Virus record (IMG/VR): IMGVR_UViG_2695420539_000016
Source of the DNA: a virus
Taxonomy: Duplodnaviria; Heunggongvirae; Uroviricota; Caudoviricetes
Direction: 5' to 3' (one strand)
DNA length: 37,459 nucleotides
Shown here piece by piece: positions 17,344 through 27,304 of the stretch (position 1 is the first letter of the stretch; every line of letters begins with the position of its first letter). A program made the position numbers and the translations under genes. Below the pieces are notes generated by a model that was not told where the DNA came from, made no database searches, and saw only the letters and a program-made list of their open reading frames with translations.

Positions 17344-17838
17344 ATGGCTGGAACGGCGGGGCGTTCCGGGCGTCGCCCCAAGCCAACGGCGCGCAAGGCG
17401 CTGGCCGGAAACCCCGGCAAGCGAGCCCTGAATAAAGATGAACCTGTTTTTACGCCCATCAAAGGTGTTGAGCCACCGGAGTGGTTCGCTGAAGAAGATC
17501 TCCCTCTCGCCACGATCATGTGGCAACTGACAACTAAAGAACTCTGCGGTCAGGGCCTGCTGTGCGTGACTGACCTCGCAGTGCTTGAGCGGTGGTGTGT
17601 GGCCTATGAGTTCTGGCGACGTGCCGTGAAAAATATTGCCAGACAGGGCAACACCATCACCGGTGCAATGGGCGGTATGGTCAAAAATCCGGAGCTGACC
17701 GCCAAAAAAGAACAGGAGTCCGAGATGAGCAGTACGGGGGCAATGCTCGGACTCGACCCCAGCAGCCGCCAGCGTCTGATTGGCCTGGCGGGGAAGAAGA
17801 AAGCCACTAACCCGTTTCTGAAAATCATCGAATCATGA
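17344..17838 (+). CDS. Terminase small subunit (P27-family type)
   Basis: ATG 17344 with AGGAG RBS; basic N-terminus; ATGA overlap with large terminase. Confidence 0.7.
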   Translation: MAGTAGRSGRRPKPTARKALAGNPGKRALNKDEPVFTPIKGVEPPEWFAEEDLPLATIMWQLTTKELCGQGLLCVTDLAVLERWCVAYEFWRRAVKNIARQGNTITGAMGGMVKNPELTAKKEQESEMSSTGAMLGLDPSSRQRLIGLAGKKKATNPFLKIIES

Positions 17839-19568
17839 GCCGGAAATCTTACCCCAACGTAAATGCTGCCAATCAGTATGCCCGTGATGTCGTGCGCGGA
17901 AAGATTGTGGCCTGCCAGTTTGTGATTCAGGCCTGCCAGCGGCATCTTGATGACCTGATGGCGGAAAAAAGTAAGTCGTTTCGTTACCGCTTCGACAAGG
18001 ACCTGGCTGAACGGGCCGCTAAATTTATTCAGCTGTTGCCGCACACCAAGGGTGAGTGGGCATTTAAGAGGATGCCCATCACGCTGGAGCTGTGGCAGCT
18101 CTTTGTGATCTGCTGCGCGTTTGGCTGGGTCAATAAAGGCTCCCGGCTGCGCCGCTTCCGTGAGGTGTATACCGAAATCCCCCGTAAGAACGGCAAATCG
18201 GCAATCTCTGCCGGTGTCGCCCTGTATTGTTTTGCCTGTGATAACGAGTTCGGCGCGGAAGTGTATTCCGGTGCCACGACGGAGAAACAGGCATGGGAAG
18301 TCTTTCGTCCGGCAAGACTGATGTGTAAACGCACACCCATGCTGACGGAAGCGTTCGGGATTGAGGTTAACGCCTCAAACATGAACCGTCCGGAGGATGG
18401 TGCGCGTTTTGAACCGCTGATCGGTAACCCCGGTGATGGTTCATCACCCCACTGTGCGGTGGTGGATGAATATCACGAGCACGCCACCGATGCGCTTTAC
18501 ACCACGATGCTTACCGGGATGGGGGCGCGACGTCAGCCACTGATGTGGGCCATTACTACTGCCGGGTACAACATTGAGGGGCCGTGCTACGACAAGCGGC
18601 GGGAAGTTATCGAGATGCTCAACGGGTCGGTACCCAACGATGAACTGTTCGGGATCATCTATACCGTTGACGAAGGCGATGACTGGACCGACCCGCAGGT
18701 GCTGGAAAAAGCCAATCCAAATATTGGCGTGTCGGTTTATCGCGAATTTTTGTTAAGTCAGCAGCAGCGTGCGAAAAATAACGCCCGTCTGGCAAACGTC
18801 TTTAAAACAAAACACCTCAATATCTGGGTGTCGGCGCGTTCGGCGTATTTCAATCTGGTGAGCTGGCAGAGCTGCGAGGATAAATCACTGACCCTTGAGC
18901 AGTTCGAGGGGCAGCCGTGCATTCTGGCCTTTGACCTGGCGCGTAAGCTGGATATGAACAGTATGGCGCGACTTTATACCCGCGAGATTGACGGTAAAAC
19001 GCATTACTACAGTGTGGCCCCGCGTTTCTGGGTACCGTATGACACGGTGTACAGCGTCGAGAAAAATGAAGATCGACGGACAGCCGAACGCTTTCAGAAA
19101 TGGGTGGAAATGGGCGTTCTGACCGTTACCGATGGTGCGGAGGTGGATTATCGCTACATCCTCGAGGAGGCCAAAGCGGCGAACAAAATCAGCCCGGTCA
19201 GTGAGTCACCCATCGACCCCTTCGGGGCGACCGGGTTGTCACATGACCTTGCTGATGAAGACCTGAACCCCATCACTATCATTCAGAACTACACCAACAT
19301 GTCCGACCCGATGAAAGAGCTGGAAGCGGCAATTGAATCGGGGCGCTTTCATCATGATGGCAATCCCATCATGACCTGGTGTATCGGCAACGTGGTCGGC
19401 AAAACCATTCCGGGTAACGATGATGTGGTGAAGCCCGTCAAAGAGCAGGCGGAAAACAAAATCGATGGTGCAGTTGCGCTGATTATGGCGGTTGGCAGAG
19501 CCATGCTGTACGAGAAAGAAGACACGCTGTCTGACCACATTGAGTCCTATGGGATCCGCTCGCTTTAA
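17835..19568 (+). CDS. Terminase large subunit
   Basis: 577 aa; position and size; ATPase-like region EIPRKNGKS. Confidence 0.85.
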
Positions 19569-19579
19569 CTGAGGTAATT

Positions 19580-19762
19580 ATGATCATGCTGATTCTCGCG
19601 CCTCTGGTGGGCGTGCTGGGGGCGCTTTTGCTGGCGTATGGTGCCTGGCTGATTTATCCCCCGGCGGGGTTTGTTGTTGCCGGGGCGTTGTGCCTGTTCT
19701 GGTCGTGGCTGGTGGCGCGATATCTCGACCGTACACAGTCGTCTGTCGGCGGAGGTAAATAG
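19580..19762 (+). CDS. Small two-TM membrane protein of unknown function
   Basis: 60 aa with GAGG RBS, strongly hydrophobic. Confidence 0.35.
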
Positions 19763-21003
19763 TGTTCTTTTCGGGATTATTTCAACGAAAAAGTGACGCA
19801 CCGGTGACCACGCCAGCAGAGCTGGCGGATGCTATCGGGTTGTCCTACGACACCTATACCGGAAAGCAGATCAGCAGCCAGCGGGCCATGCGACTGACGG
19901 CGGTTTTTTCCTGTGTCAGGGTGCTGGCGGAGTCGGTCGGGATGTTGCCCTGCAACCTGTATCACCTGAACGGCAGCCTGAAGCAGAGAGCCACTGGCGA
20001 ACGTCTGCATAAGCTGATCTCCACGCATCCCAATGGCTATATGACGCCGCAGGAGTTCTGGGAGCTGGTGGTCACCTGTCTGTGTCTGCGGGGAAACTTT
20101 TACGCCTACAAAGTGAAAGCATTTGGCGAAGTGGCTGAACTGCTGCCCGTCGATCCCGGCTGTGTGGTACCGAAGCTTAACAGTAGCTGGGAGCCGGTCT
20201 ATCAGGTCACATTCCCGGATGGCTCCACGGATGTACTGAGCCAGGAGGATATCTGGCATGTGCGCACGCTGACGCTGGACGGACTGGTGGGGCTGAATCC
20301 CATCGCCTATGCCCGCGAGGCAATATCGCTGGCGGCAGCGACCGAAGAGCACGGGGCCAGACTGTTCAGCAATGGCGCGGTGACGTCGGGTGTGTTGCGT
20401 ACAGAGCAGACGCTGTCAGATCAGGCTTATGAGCGCCTGAAGAAAGATTTTGAGGAGCGTCACACCGGGCTTGGCAATGCTCACCGCCCGATGATCCTTG
20501 AGATGGGGCTGGACTGGAAGTCGATGGCGCTGAACGCCGAGGACAGCCAGTTCCTGGAAACCCGCAAGTTTCAGCTTGAAGAAATCTGTCGTCTGTTCCG
20601 GGTGCCGTTGCACATGGTGCAGAACACCGATCGCGCCACCTTCAACAATATCGAAGAGCTGGGGCTGGGATTTATCAACTATTCACTGGTGCCGTATCTG
20701 ACCCGCATCGAACAGCGGATCAACACCGGACTGGTACGAAAAAGTAAGCAGGGCGTTTATTACGCCAAATTTAACGCCGGGGCGTTACTGCGCGGGGATA
20801 TGAAGTCCCGTTTTGAAGCCTACGCCACCGGGATCAACTGGGGAATTTACTCTCCCAATGACTGCCGCGACCTGGAAGATATGAATCCGCGTCCCGGTGG
20901 TGATGTCTATCTCACACCGATGAACATGACCACGAAGCCCTCCGATGGCAGTAAAGCCGGTAAGCAGAAGGATAACGCCAATGCAGACGAAACAACGTCT
21001 TGA
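19762..21003 (+). CDS. Portal protein (HK97 family)
   Basis: 413 aa; GTG start with GGAGG RBS; order terminase-portal-protease-capsid. Confidence 0.8.
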   Translation: MFFSGLFQRKSDAPVTTPAELADAIGLSYDTYTGKQISSQRAMRLTAVFSCVRVLAESVGMLPCNLYHLNGSLKQRATGERLHKLISTHPNGYMTPQEFWELVVTCLCLRGNFYAYKVKAFGEVAELLPVDPGCVVPKLNSSWEPVYQVTFPDGSTDVLSQEDIWHVRTLTLDGLVGLNPIAYAREAISLAAATEEHGARLFSNGAVTSGVLRTEQTLSDQAYERLKKDFEERHTGLGNAHRPMILEMGLDWKSMALNAEDSQFLETRKFQLEEICRLFRVPLHMVQNTDRATFNNIEELGLGFINYSLVPYLTRIEQRINTGLVRKSKQGVYYAKFNAGALLRGDMKSRFEAYATGINWGIYSPNDCRDLEDMNPRPGGDVYLTPMNMTTKPSDGSKAGKQKDNANADETTS

Positions 21004-21631
21004 TGTACCGCTGAGTCTGAAATCTGTCAGTGACTCCGGTGAGTTTGAAGGGTATGGCTCCGTCTTTGGTGTAAAGGACAGCCACGATGATGTGGTGATG
21101 TCCGGGGCATTTGCTGCTTCCCTGCGGGCGTGGAGTGACAGAAAAGCGTTACCTGCGCTGCTCTGGCAGCACCGCATGGATGAACCCATCGGTGTTTACA
21201 CCGAAATGAAGGAAGACGATGTCGGGCTTTACGTCAGGGGACGGTTGCTTATTGATGATGATCCCCTCGCAAAACGCGCACATGCACACATGAAGGCCGG
21301 TTCGTTAACCGGCCTTTCTATTGGGTACGTCCTGAAAGACTGGGAATATGACCGGAGCAAAGAAGCCTTTCTGCTGAAAGAAATCGACCTCTGGGAAGTC
21401 AGCCTGGTGACGTTCCCGTCTAACGACGAGGCGCGGATCAGCGACGTCAAGAACGCACAGGCCCGCGGGGAAATCCCCGAACAGAAAAAAATCGAAAGAG
21501 TCCTGCGTGATGTCGGACTCTCCCGTACCCAGGCCAAAGCATTCATGGCCGGGGGCTATAGCGCACTGTCCCTGCGCGACGCTGAGGATGTGGGCTCTGC
21601 ACTGAATGCACTGAAAAATCTGAACTTCTAA
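20981..21631 (+). CDS. Prohead protease (HK97 family)
   Basis: Start chosen at ATG 20981; gene order. Confidence 0.75.
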   Translation: MQTKQRLDVPLSLKSVSDSGEFEGYGSVFGVKDSHDDVVMSGAFAASLRAWSDRKALPALLWQHRMDEPIGVYTEMKEDDVGLYVRGRLLIDDDPLAKRAHAHMKAGSLTGLSIGYVLKDWEYDRSKEAFLLKEIDLWEVSLVTFPSNDEARISDVKNAQARGEIPEQKKIERVLRDVGLSRTQAKAFMAGGYSALSLRDAEDVGSALNALKNLNF

Positions 21632-21645
21632 TCAGGAGAAATACG

Positions 21646-22851
21646 ATGGCGGTTGATATTAAAGATGTCGAACAGGTCGCGCAGGAGCTGCAGCAGAAGT
21701 TTGACGACTTCAAAGCAAAGAACGACAAGCGCGTGGATGCGATTGAGCAGGAAAAAGGCAAGCTTGCCGGGCAGGTGGAAACCCTGAACGGGAAACTCAG
21801 CGAGCTGGAAAATCTCAAAAGCGACCTTGAAAAAGAGCTGCTTGAGCTGAAACGTCCGGCTGGTGGAGCGCAAAATAAACTGACCACCGAGCATAAAGAA
21901 GCGTTTGTGGGCTTCCTGCGTAAAGGCCGTGAAGATGGTCTGCGCGATCTGGAGCGCAAGGCATTACAGGTGGGCACCGATGAAGACGGCGGCTATGCCG
22001 TGCCGGAAGCGCTGGATCGCAACATTCTGACCTTGCTGAAAGATGAAGTGGTGATGCGTCAGGAAGCCACGGTGATCACCATTGGTGGTTCCGACTACAA
22101 AAAACTGGTGAATCTGGGCGGCACGGCTTCCGGATGGGTTGGCGAGACTGACGCGCGCTCCCAGACTGCCACCTCAAAACTGGGCCTGATTGAACCTTTC
22201 ATGGGGGAAATCTACGGTAACCCGCAGGCCACCCAGAAAATGCTGGATGATGCCTTTTTCAACGTGGAAGCATGGATCAACAGCGAGCTGGCAACCGAAT
22301 TTGCCGAACAGGAAGAAATTGCCTTTACCTCAGGCGATGGCACCAAGAAGCCGAAAGGGTTCCTGGCGTATGAATCCACTGATGAAACCGATAAGGTCCG
22401 GGCGTTCGGCAAACTTCAGCATATTGTATCCGGCGAAGCGACTGCGGTGACCGCAGACGCCATTATCAAACTGATTTACACGCTGCGTAAGGCACACCGC
22501 ACTGGCGCGAAGTTCATGATGAACAACAACAGCCTGTTTGCCATTCGTCTGTTGAAAGACAACGAGGGTAACTATCTGTGGCGTCCGGGGCTGGAACTGG
22601 GGCAGCCTTCTTCTCTGCTGGGGTACGGTATTGCTGAAAACGAACAGATGCCGGATATTGCTGCGGATGCGAAAGCCATCGCATTTGGTAACTTCAAACG
22701 GGGTTACACCATCGTTGACCGTATCGGCACCCGCATTCTGCGTGACCCGTACACCAATAAACCGTTTGTCGGTTTTTATACCACCAAGCGCACCGGCGGA
22801 ATGCTGGTCGATTCGCAGGCCATCAAACTGCTGAAGATTGCAGAGAAGTAA
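21646..22851 (+). CDS. Major capsid protein (HK97 fold) with N-terminal coiled-coil delta domain
   Basis: 401 aa; AGGAGA RBS; coiled-coil-rich first roughly 100 residues. Confidence 0.85.
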   Translation: MAVDIKDVEQVAQELQQKFDDFKAKNDKRVDAIEQEKGKLAGQVETLNGKLSELENLKSDLEKELLELKRPAGGAQNKLTTEHKEAFVGFLRKGREDGLRDLERKALQVGTDEDGGYAVPEALDRNILTLLKDEVVMRQEATVITIGGSDYKKLVNLGGTASGWVGETDARSQTATSKLGLIEPFMGEIYGNPQATQKMLDDAFFNVEAWINSELATEFAEQEEIAFTSGDGTKKPKGFLAYESTDETDKVRAFGKLQHIVSGEATAVTADAIIKLIYTLRKAHRTGAKFMMNNNSLFAIRLLKDNEGNYLWRPGLELGQPSSLLGYGIAENEQMPDIAADAKAIAFGNFKRGYTIVDRIGTRILRDPYTNKPFVGFYTTKRTGGMLVDSQAIKLLKIAEK

Positions 22852-22861
22852 TCGCTCATGG

Positions 22862-22881
22862 GCGCGGTTCCGCGCCCCCTG
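22862..22881 (+). terminator. GC-rich hairpin just after the capsid gene (possible partial terminator)
   Basis: GGGCGCGG-TT-CCGCGCCC; no clean T-tract. Confidence 0.25.
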
Positions 22882-22900
22882 TTCTGAAGGGTGAAGAATC

Positions 22901-23128
22901 ATGATCCTGAAACAAGATCTTAAATGGTCACCGGACGGTATGCGTGTTGAGGTTATTAGGGCCGGTGAGTATGACGACGGGGCGCTTCCTGCCCGGGTGC
23001 AGGAGATTGCACTTCAGGCCGGGTTAGCAGAGCGCGGAACCAGTGCAAAAAGCAGTAAAGCGGCAAAAGAGAAAAAGCCACGGCCAGTAAAGAGGGATGA
23101 GAATGCTTCTGACACTGGAAGAGATTAA
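22901..23128 (+). CDS. Hypothetical small head-module protein
   Basis: 75-aa ORF between capsid and connector genes. Confidence 0.35.
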   Translation: MILKQDLKWSPDGMRVEVIRAGEYDDGALPARVQEIALQAGLAERGTSAKSSKAAKEKKPRPVKRDENASDTGRD

Positions 23129-23426
23129 AGCCCAACTCCGGCTGGATGAGGATTTCGATGCCGATGACCGCCATCTGCAACTGCTGGCCTGTGCGGCGCA
23201 AAAGCGGACGGAAACGTATCTGAACCGGAAGCTCTATGCACCGGATGAATCCATTCCGGACAGCGATCCGGACGGGCTGCACCTGCCGGATGATATTCGT
23301 CTTGGGATGCTGATGCTTATCAGCCACTTTTACGAAAACCGCTCGTCGGTTACGGAAGTGGAGAAACTCGACATGCCGCAGAGTTTTGGCTGGCTTGTCA
23401 GCCCGTACAGGTACTTTCCGCAATGA
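23097..23426 (+). CDS. Head-tail connector protein (gp6-like)
   Basis: 109 aa; position after capsid. Confidence 0.6.
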   Translation: MRMLLTLEEIKAQLRLDEDFDADDRHLQLLACAAQKRTETYLNRKLYAPDESIPDSDPDGLHLPDDIRLGMLMLISHFYENRSSVTEVEKLDMPQSFGWLVSPYRYFPQ

Positions 23427-23833
23427 AAATTAGCCAGGCACAGACCAGCGCAACCTACATTCTGCCGGACCCCGGTGAACTGAATAAACGCGTCCTGATC
23501 CGCCAGCGGGTGGATATGCCCGCAGATAACTTTGGCGTGGAGCCTCAATACCCGGTTGCGTTCAGTACATGGGCGAAGGTTATCCAGACCAGTGCCACCA
23601 CCTGGCAGGAAACCGCGCAGACCGGAGACGCCATCACCCATTACATCACCATTCGTTACCGCCGGGGGATCACTGCTGATTATGAGGTGGTCTGCGGTGA
23701 CAGTGTGTACCGGGTGAAACGTCAGCGCGATCTGAACGGAGCGCGGCGCTTTCTGCTGCTGGAGTGTACGGAGCTGGGCGAATGTAGGCAGAGTCACGGA
23801 GGCAGCAATGGCGACTTCCTTTTTGCACGTTGA
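23423..23833 (+). CDS. Head closure / head-tail adaptor protein
   Basis: 136 aa; overlapping start with previous gene. Confidence 0.55.
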   Translation: MKISQAQTSATYILPDPGELNKRVLIRQRVDMPADNFGVEPQYPVAFSTWAKVIQTSATTWQETAQTGDAITHYITIRYRRGITADYEVVCGDSVYRVKRQRDLNGARRFLLLECTELGECRQSHGGSNGDFLFAR

Positions 23834-24314
23834 TTTTCAGCAGCCCACGGAGATGCGCTTTAACCGCGCCCGTGTCCGGCGGGCGTTTGTCACGATTGGT
23901 CAGCGTCATATGCGTGATGCCCGTCGGCTGGTGATGCGCCGTGCGCGGTCGGCACCGGGTGAAAACCCCGGTTATCAGACCGGACGCCTGGCTCGTTCGA
24001 TTGGTTACATGGTACCCAGAGCCAGTAAACATCGCCCTGGTTTTATGGCACGTATAGCCCCTAACCAGCGTAATGGAGAGGGAAACCGCCGTATCACTGG
24101 TGATTTTTATCCGGCTTTTTTGTTCTATGGAGTGAGGCGAGGGGCAAAGCGTCGTCGCAGCCATCATCGTGGTGCATCCGGTGGCAGCGGCTGGCGACTG
24201 GCTCCACGTAATAACTTCATGATGGAAACGCTTGAAAAGAACCGCAGCTGGACACGCTATTTTCTGGCGCGGGAATTGCGTAAATCACTGAAGCCGGAGC
24301 GACGACACAGATGA
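23808..24314 (+). CDS. Neck/tail-joining protein (HK97 gp10-like), Arg-rich
   Basis: 168 aa; gene order. Confidence 0.45.
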   Translation: MATSFLHVDFQQPTEMRFNRARVRRAFVTIGQRHMRDARRLVMRRARSAPGENPGYQTGRLARSIGYMVPRASKHRPGFMARIAPNQRNGEGNRRITGDFYPAFLFYGVRRGAKRRRSHHRGASGGSGWRLAPRNNFMMETLEKNRSWTRYFLARELRKSLKPERRHR

Positions 24315-24871
24315 AACTGACGCCTGTTATTGCTGCACTGCGTGCCCGCTGTCCGTATTTTGAAAACCGGGTTGCAGGTGCGGCCCAGTTCAAAAATCTG
24401 CCGGAGGTCGGAAAGCTGAAACTCCCGGCGGCATATGTTGTACCGGGTGATGATTCTCCGGGAGAAAACAAAAGCCAGACCGACTACTGGCAGGCGCTGA
24501 AAGAGGGTTTCTCCGTGATTGTCATACTGAGTAACGGGCGTGATGAGCGCGGTCAGTTTGCCTCGTATGATGTGGTGGACGATGTCCGGCAGATGCTCTT
24601 TAAGGCTCTGCTGGGCTGGAACCCGGAGGCGTGCGGTAACCCGATTACCTATGACGGCGGCACGCTGCTGGATCTGAATCGTCATGAGCTGATTTATCAG
24701 TTCGATTTTTCGGTCATCAGCGAGCTGACTGAAGACGATACCCGCCAGCAGGATGATCTGAACAGTCTGGATGAACTGCAAACGCTGGCGATTGATGTTG
24801 ATTATCTCGATCCCGGTAACGGGCCTGACGGCGATATCGAACATCACACAGAAATAACCATTCCTTCCTGA
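24311..24871 (+). CDS. Putative tail completion/terminator protein
   Basis: 186 aa directly upstream of the sheath gene. Confidence 0.4.
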   Translation: MKLTPVIAALRARCPYFENRVAGAAQFKNLPEVGKLKLPAAYVVPGDDSPGENKSQTDYWQALKEGFSVIVILSNGRDERGQFASYDVVDDVRQMLFKALLGWNPEACGNPITYDGGTLLDLNRHELIYQFDFSVISELTEDDTRQQDDLNSLDELQTLAIDVDYLDPGNGPDGDIEHHTEITIPS

Positions 24872-24879
24872 GGATCCTC

Positions 24880-25050
24880 ATGTTTGTGAAACCTGTTAAA
24901 GGGCGGTCAGTGCCTGACCCTGCCCGCAGCGACCTTTTGCCCGCCGAAGGGCGAAATGTTGACGAGAACAACTACTGGCTGCGCCGTGAAGCAGCTGGTG
25001 ATATCCGGCGCGTGAATAAAAAGGTGAACACCGATGACGATAAGCTTTAA
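24880..25050 (+). CDS. Small conserved-position protein (56 aa) overlapping the sheath start; not in the ORF track (below length cutoff)
   Basis: ATG 24880 with GAGGAT RBS; translates MFVKPVKGRSVPDPARSDLLPAEGRNVDENNYWLRREAAGDIRRVNKKVNTDDDKL. Confidence 0.35.
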   Translation: MFVKPVKGRSVPDPARSDLLPAEGRNVDENNYWLRREAAGDIRRVNKKVNTDDDKL

Positions 25051-26530
25051 CACCATTCCGTCGAATACGCTGGTTCCGCTGTTTTATGCGGAAATGGATA
25101 ACCAGGCGGCGAATACTGCACAGGACAGCGGAGCATCGCTGCTGATTGGTCATGCCAGTAACGGTGCAGAGATTGTTGCCAACAGTCTGGTGCTGATGCC
25201 GTCGGCAGACTATGCACGCCAGATTTGTGGTGCGGGAAGTCAGCTGGCGCGTATGGTCGAGGCTTATCGCCAGACCGACCCGTTTGGTGAGCTGTATGTG
25301 ATTGCCGTTCCGGAAGCCACAGGCGCGGCGGCAACGGTTACGCTGACGGTGACCGGGGAAGCAACCGAAAGCGGCACGGTGAATGTCTATGTGGGACGTA
25401 CCCGCGTGCAGGCTCCGGTGACCAACGGCGATAACGTCACGACGATTGCCAGCAGTATCAAAGATGCCATCAATGCCGTTCCGGCCCTGCCGTTTACGGC
25501 TTCATCTTCGGCAGGTGTGGTCACACTGACCGCGCGTCATAAGGGGCTTTGCGGGAATGAAATTCCTGTCAGCCTCAATTACTACGGCTTTGGTGGGGGC
25601 GAAGTGCTGCCAGCGGGCGTACAGATTGCCGTGGCGACGGGTACCGCCGGAACGGGTGCTCCGGTTCTCACCGGCGCGGTGGCTGCAATGGCGGATGAGC
25701 CGTTTGATTATATCGGCCTGCCGTTCAACGACACGGCCTCCGTTAACACGCTGGTGACCGAGATGAACGATACCAGCGGTCGCTGGAGCTATGCGCGTCA
25801 GCTGTATGGTCATGTGTATACGGCAAAGATCGGCACGCTGTCAGAACTGGTGACCGCAGGTGACCAGTTTAACCAGCAGCACATTACCCTGGCGGGGTAC
25901 GAAAAAGAGACCCAGACGCCTGCCGACGAACTGGCGGCAAGCCGTACCGCCCGCGCAGCGGTGTTTATTCGCAACGATCCGGCACGTCCCACGCAGACCG
26001 GTGAGCTGGTGGGTATGCTGCCTGCGCCGAAGGGGAAACGGTTCACGATGACCGAACAACAGACCCTGCTGTCTCATGGCGTGGCAACGGCGTATGTCGA
26101 AAGCGGGGTACTGCGCATTCAGCGTGATGTCACCACGTACAGGAAAAACGCTTACGGGGTTGCGGATAACAGCTACCTCGACAGTGAGACACTGCATACC
26201 AGCGCGTATGTACTGCGCAAACTGAAATCCGTCATTACCAGTAAGTACGGGCGTCACAAGCTTGCCAGTGACGGTACCCGCTTTGGTCCCGGTCAGGCGA
26301 TTGTCACCCCGGCGGTGATCAAAGGGGAACTGCTGGCAACCTACCGTCAGCTTGAGCGTGCGGGGATCGTGGAAAACTACGAACTGTTTAAGCAGTACCT
26401 GGTTGTGGAGCGTGATGCCAGCGATCCGAACCGCCTGAACACGCTGTTCCCGCCTGACTATGTTAACCAGTTGCGTGTCTTTGCCGTGGTTAACCAGTTC
26501 CGTCTTCAGTATTCAGAGGAGTCTGCATAA
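25034..26530 (+). CDS. Contractile tail sheath protein (Mu gpL-like)
   Basis: 498 aa followed by tube gene. Confidence 0.85.
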   Translation: MTISFNTIPSNTLVPLFYAEMDNQAANTAQDSGASLLIGHASNGAEIVANSLVLMPSADYARQICGAGSQLARMVEAYRQTDPFGELYVIAVPEATGAAATVTLTVTGEATESGTVNVYVGRTRVQAPVTNGDNVTTIASSIKDAINAVPALPFTASSSAGVVTLTARHKGLCGNEIPVSLNYYGFGGGEVLPAGVQIAVATGTAGTGAPVLTGAVAAMADEPFDYIGLPFNDTASVNTLVTEMNDTSGRWSYARQLYGHVYTAKIGTLSELVTAGDQFNQQHITLAGYEKETQTPADELAASRTARAAVFIRNDPARPTQTGELVGMLPAPKGKRFTMTEQQTLLSHGVATAYVESGVLRIQRDVTTYRKNAYGVADNSYLDSETLHTSAYVLRKLKSVITSKYGRHKLASDGTRFGPGQAIVTPAVIKGELLATYRQLERAGIVENYELFKQYLVVERDASDPNRLNTLFPPDYVNQLRVFAVVNQFRLQYSEESA

Positions 26531-26886
26531 TGGCCCGTATCGGGGGAACCTGTTATTTCAAAATTGACGGTCAGCAGCTATCGCTGACCGGCGGCATTGA
26601 GGTGCCCATGAACAGGACGGTCAATGATGACATCATCGGCCTGGACGGTTCAGTGGACCGCAAGGAAACTCACCGTGCGCCCTATGTCAAAGGGACCTTC
26701 AAGGTGCCGAAGAATTTTCCGGTGAGCAAAATCACCTCGTCTGATGAGATGACCATCACTGCCGAGCTGGCGAACGGTCAGGTCTATGTACTGTCGTCTG
26801 CCTGGCTGCACGGCGAAGCGAACCATAATGCCGAAGAAGGCACGGTTGATCTTGAGTTCCACGGTGAAGAAGGGGATTACCAGTAA
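26530..26886 (+). CDS. Tail tube protein (Mu gpM-like)
   Basis: 118 aa. Confidence 0.75.
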   Translation: MARIGGTCYFKIDGQQLSLTGGIEVPMNRTVNDDIIGLDGSVDRKETHRAPYVKGTFKVPKNFPVSKITSSDEMTITAELANGQVYVLSSAWLHGEANHNAEEGTVDLEFHGEEGDYQ

Positions 26887-27155
26887 TGAAAGAGCTTGAG
26901 TTAAAGAAACCGATTACTGCTCATGGCGAGACACTCTCCGTACTTGAGTTTGATGAGCCCACCGGGAAAGATGTCCGCGAGCTGGGGTATCCCTACCAGA
27001 TGAATCAGGATGAGTCAGTCAGACTTCTGGCGCATGTGGTATCGAAATACATTGTGCGGCTGGCGAAAGTGCCGCAAAACTCTGTCGACCAGATGTCTCC
27101 GGCAGACCTGAATGCAGCGGCGTGGCTTGTGGCCGGTTTTTTCCTCCAGGCCTGA
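26886..27155 (+). CDS. Tail assembly chaperone (short form)
   Basis: 89 aa directly upstream of the tape measure gene. Confidence 0.6.
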   Translation: MKELELKKPITAHGETLSVLEFDEPTGKDVRELGYPYQMNQDESVRLLAHVVSKYIVRLAKVPQNSVDQMSPADLNAAAWLVAGFFLQA

Positions 27156-27304
27156 CGGCTGAATACCTCACTGATCGCTTCTTTGACTGCGCCAGTTACT
27201 GGCGCATTAATCCTTTCGAATTGCTGAATATGCCGATCAGTGAAATTCCCTTGCTGGTCAGTCAGGCAAACAGGATAGAGCAGGAGAAACGCACACATGG
27301 CTGA
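26886..27304 (+). CDS. Tail assembly chaperone frameshift-extended form (G/GT-like fusion)
   Basis: -1 slip at 27137..27143 joins ...VAGFF to PPGLTAEYLTDRF... Confidence 0.5.
27137..27143 (+). other. -1 programmed ribosomal frameshift slippery heptamer T_TTT_TTC
   Basis: Zero-frame codons GGT TTT TTC; the -1 frame continues open to 27304. Confidence 0.5.

Noticed and set aside
17604-18044. Long antisense ORFs inside phage structural genes (e.g. 17604..18044, 19777..20352, 21543..21977, 22330..22902, 23670..24167, 24257..24847, 30493..30990, 32720..33178)
   Set aside because: They lie antisense within long, well-supported GC-rich structural genes where stop codons are rare by composition; translations are Arg/Pro/His-rich low-complexity strings
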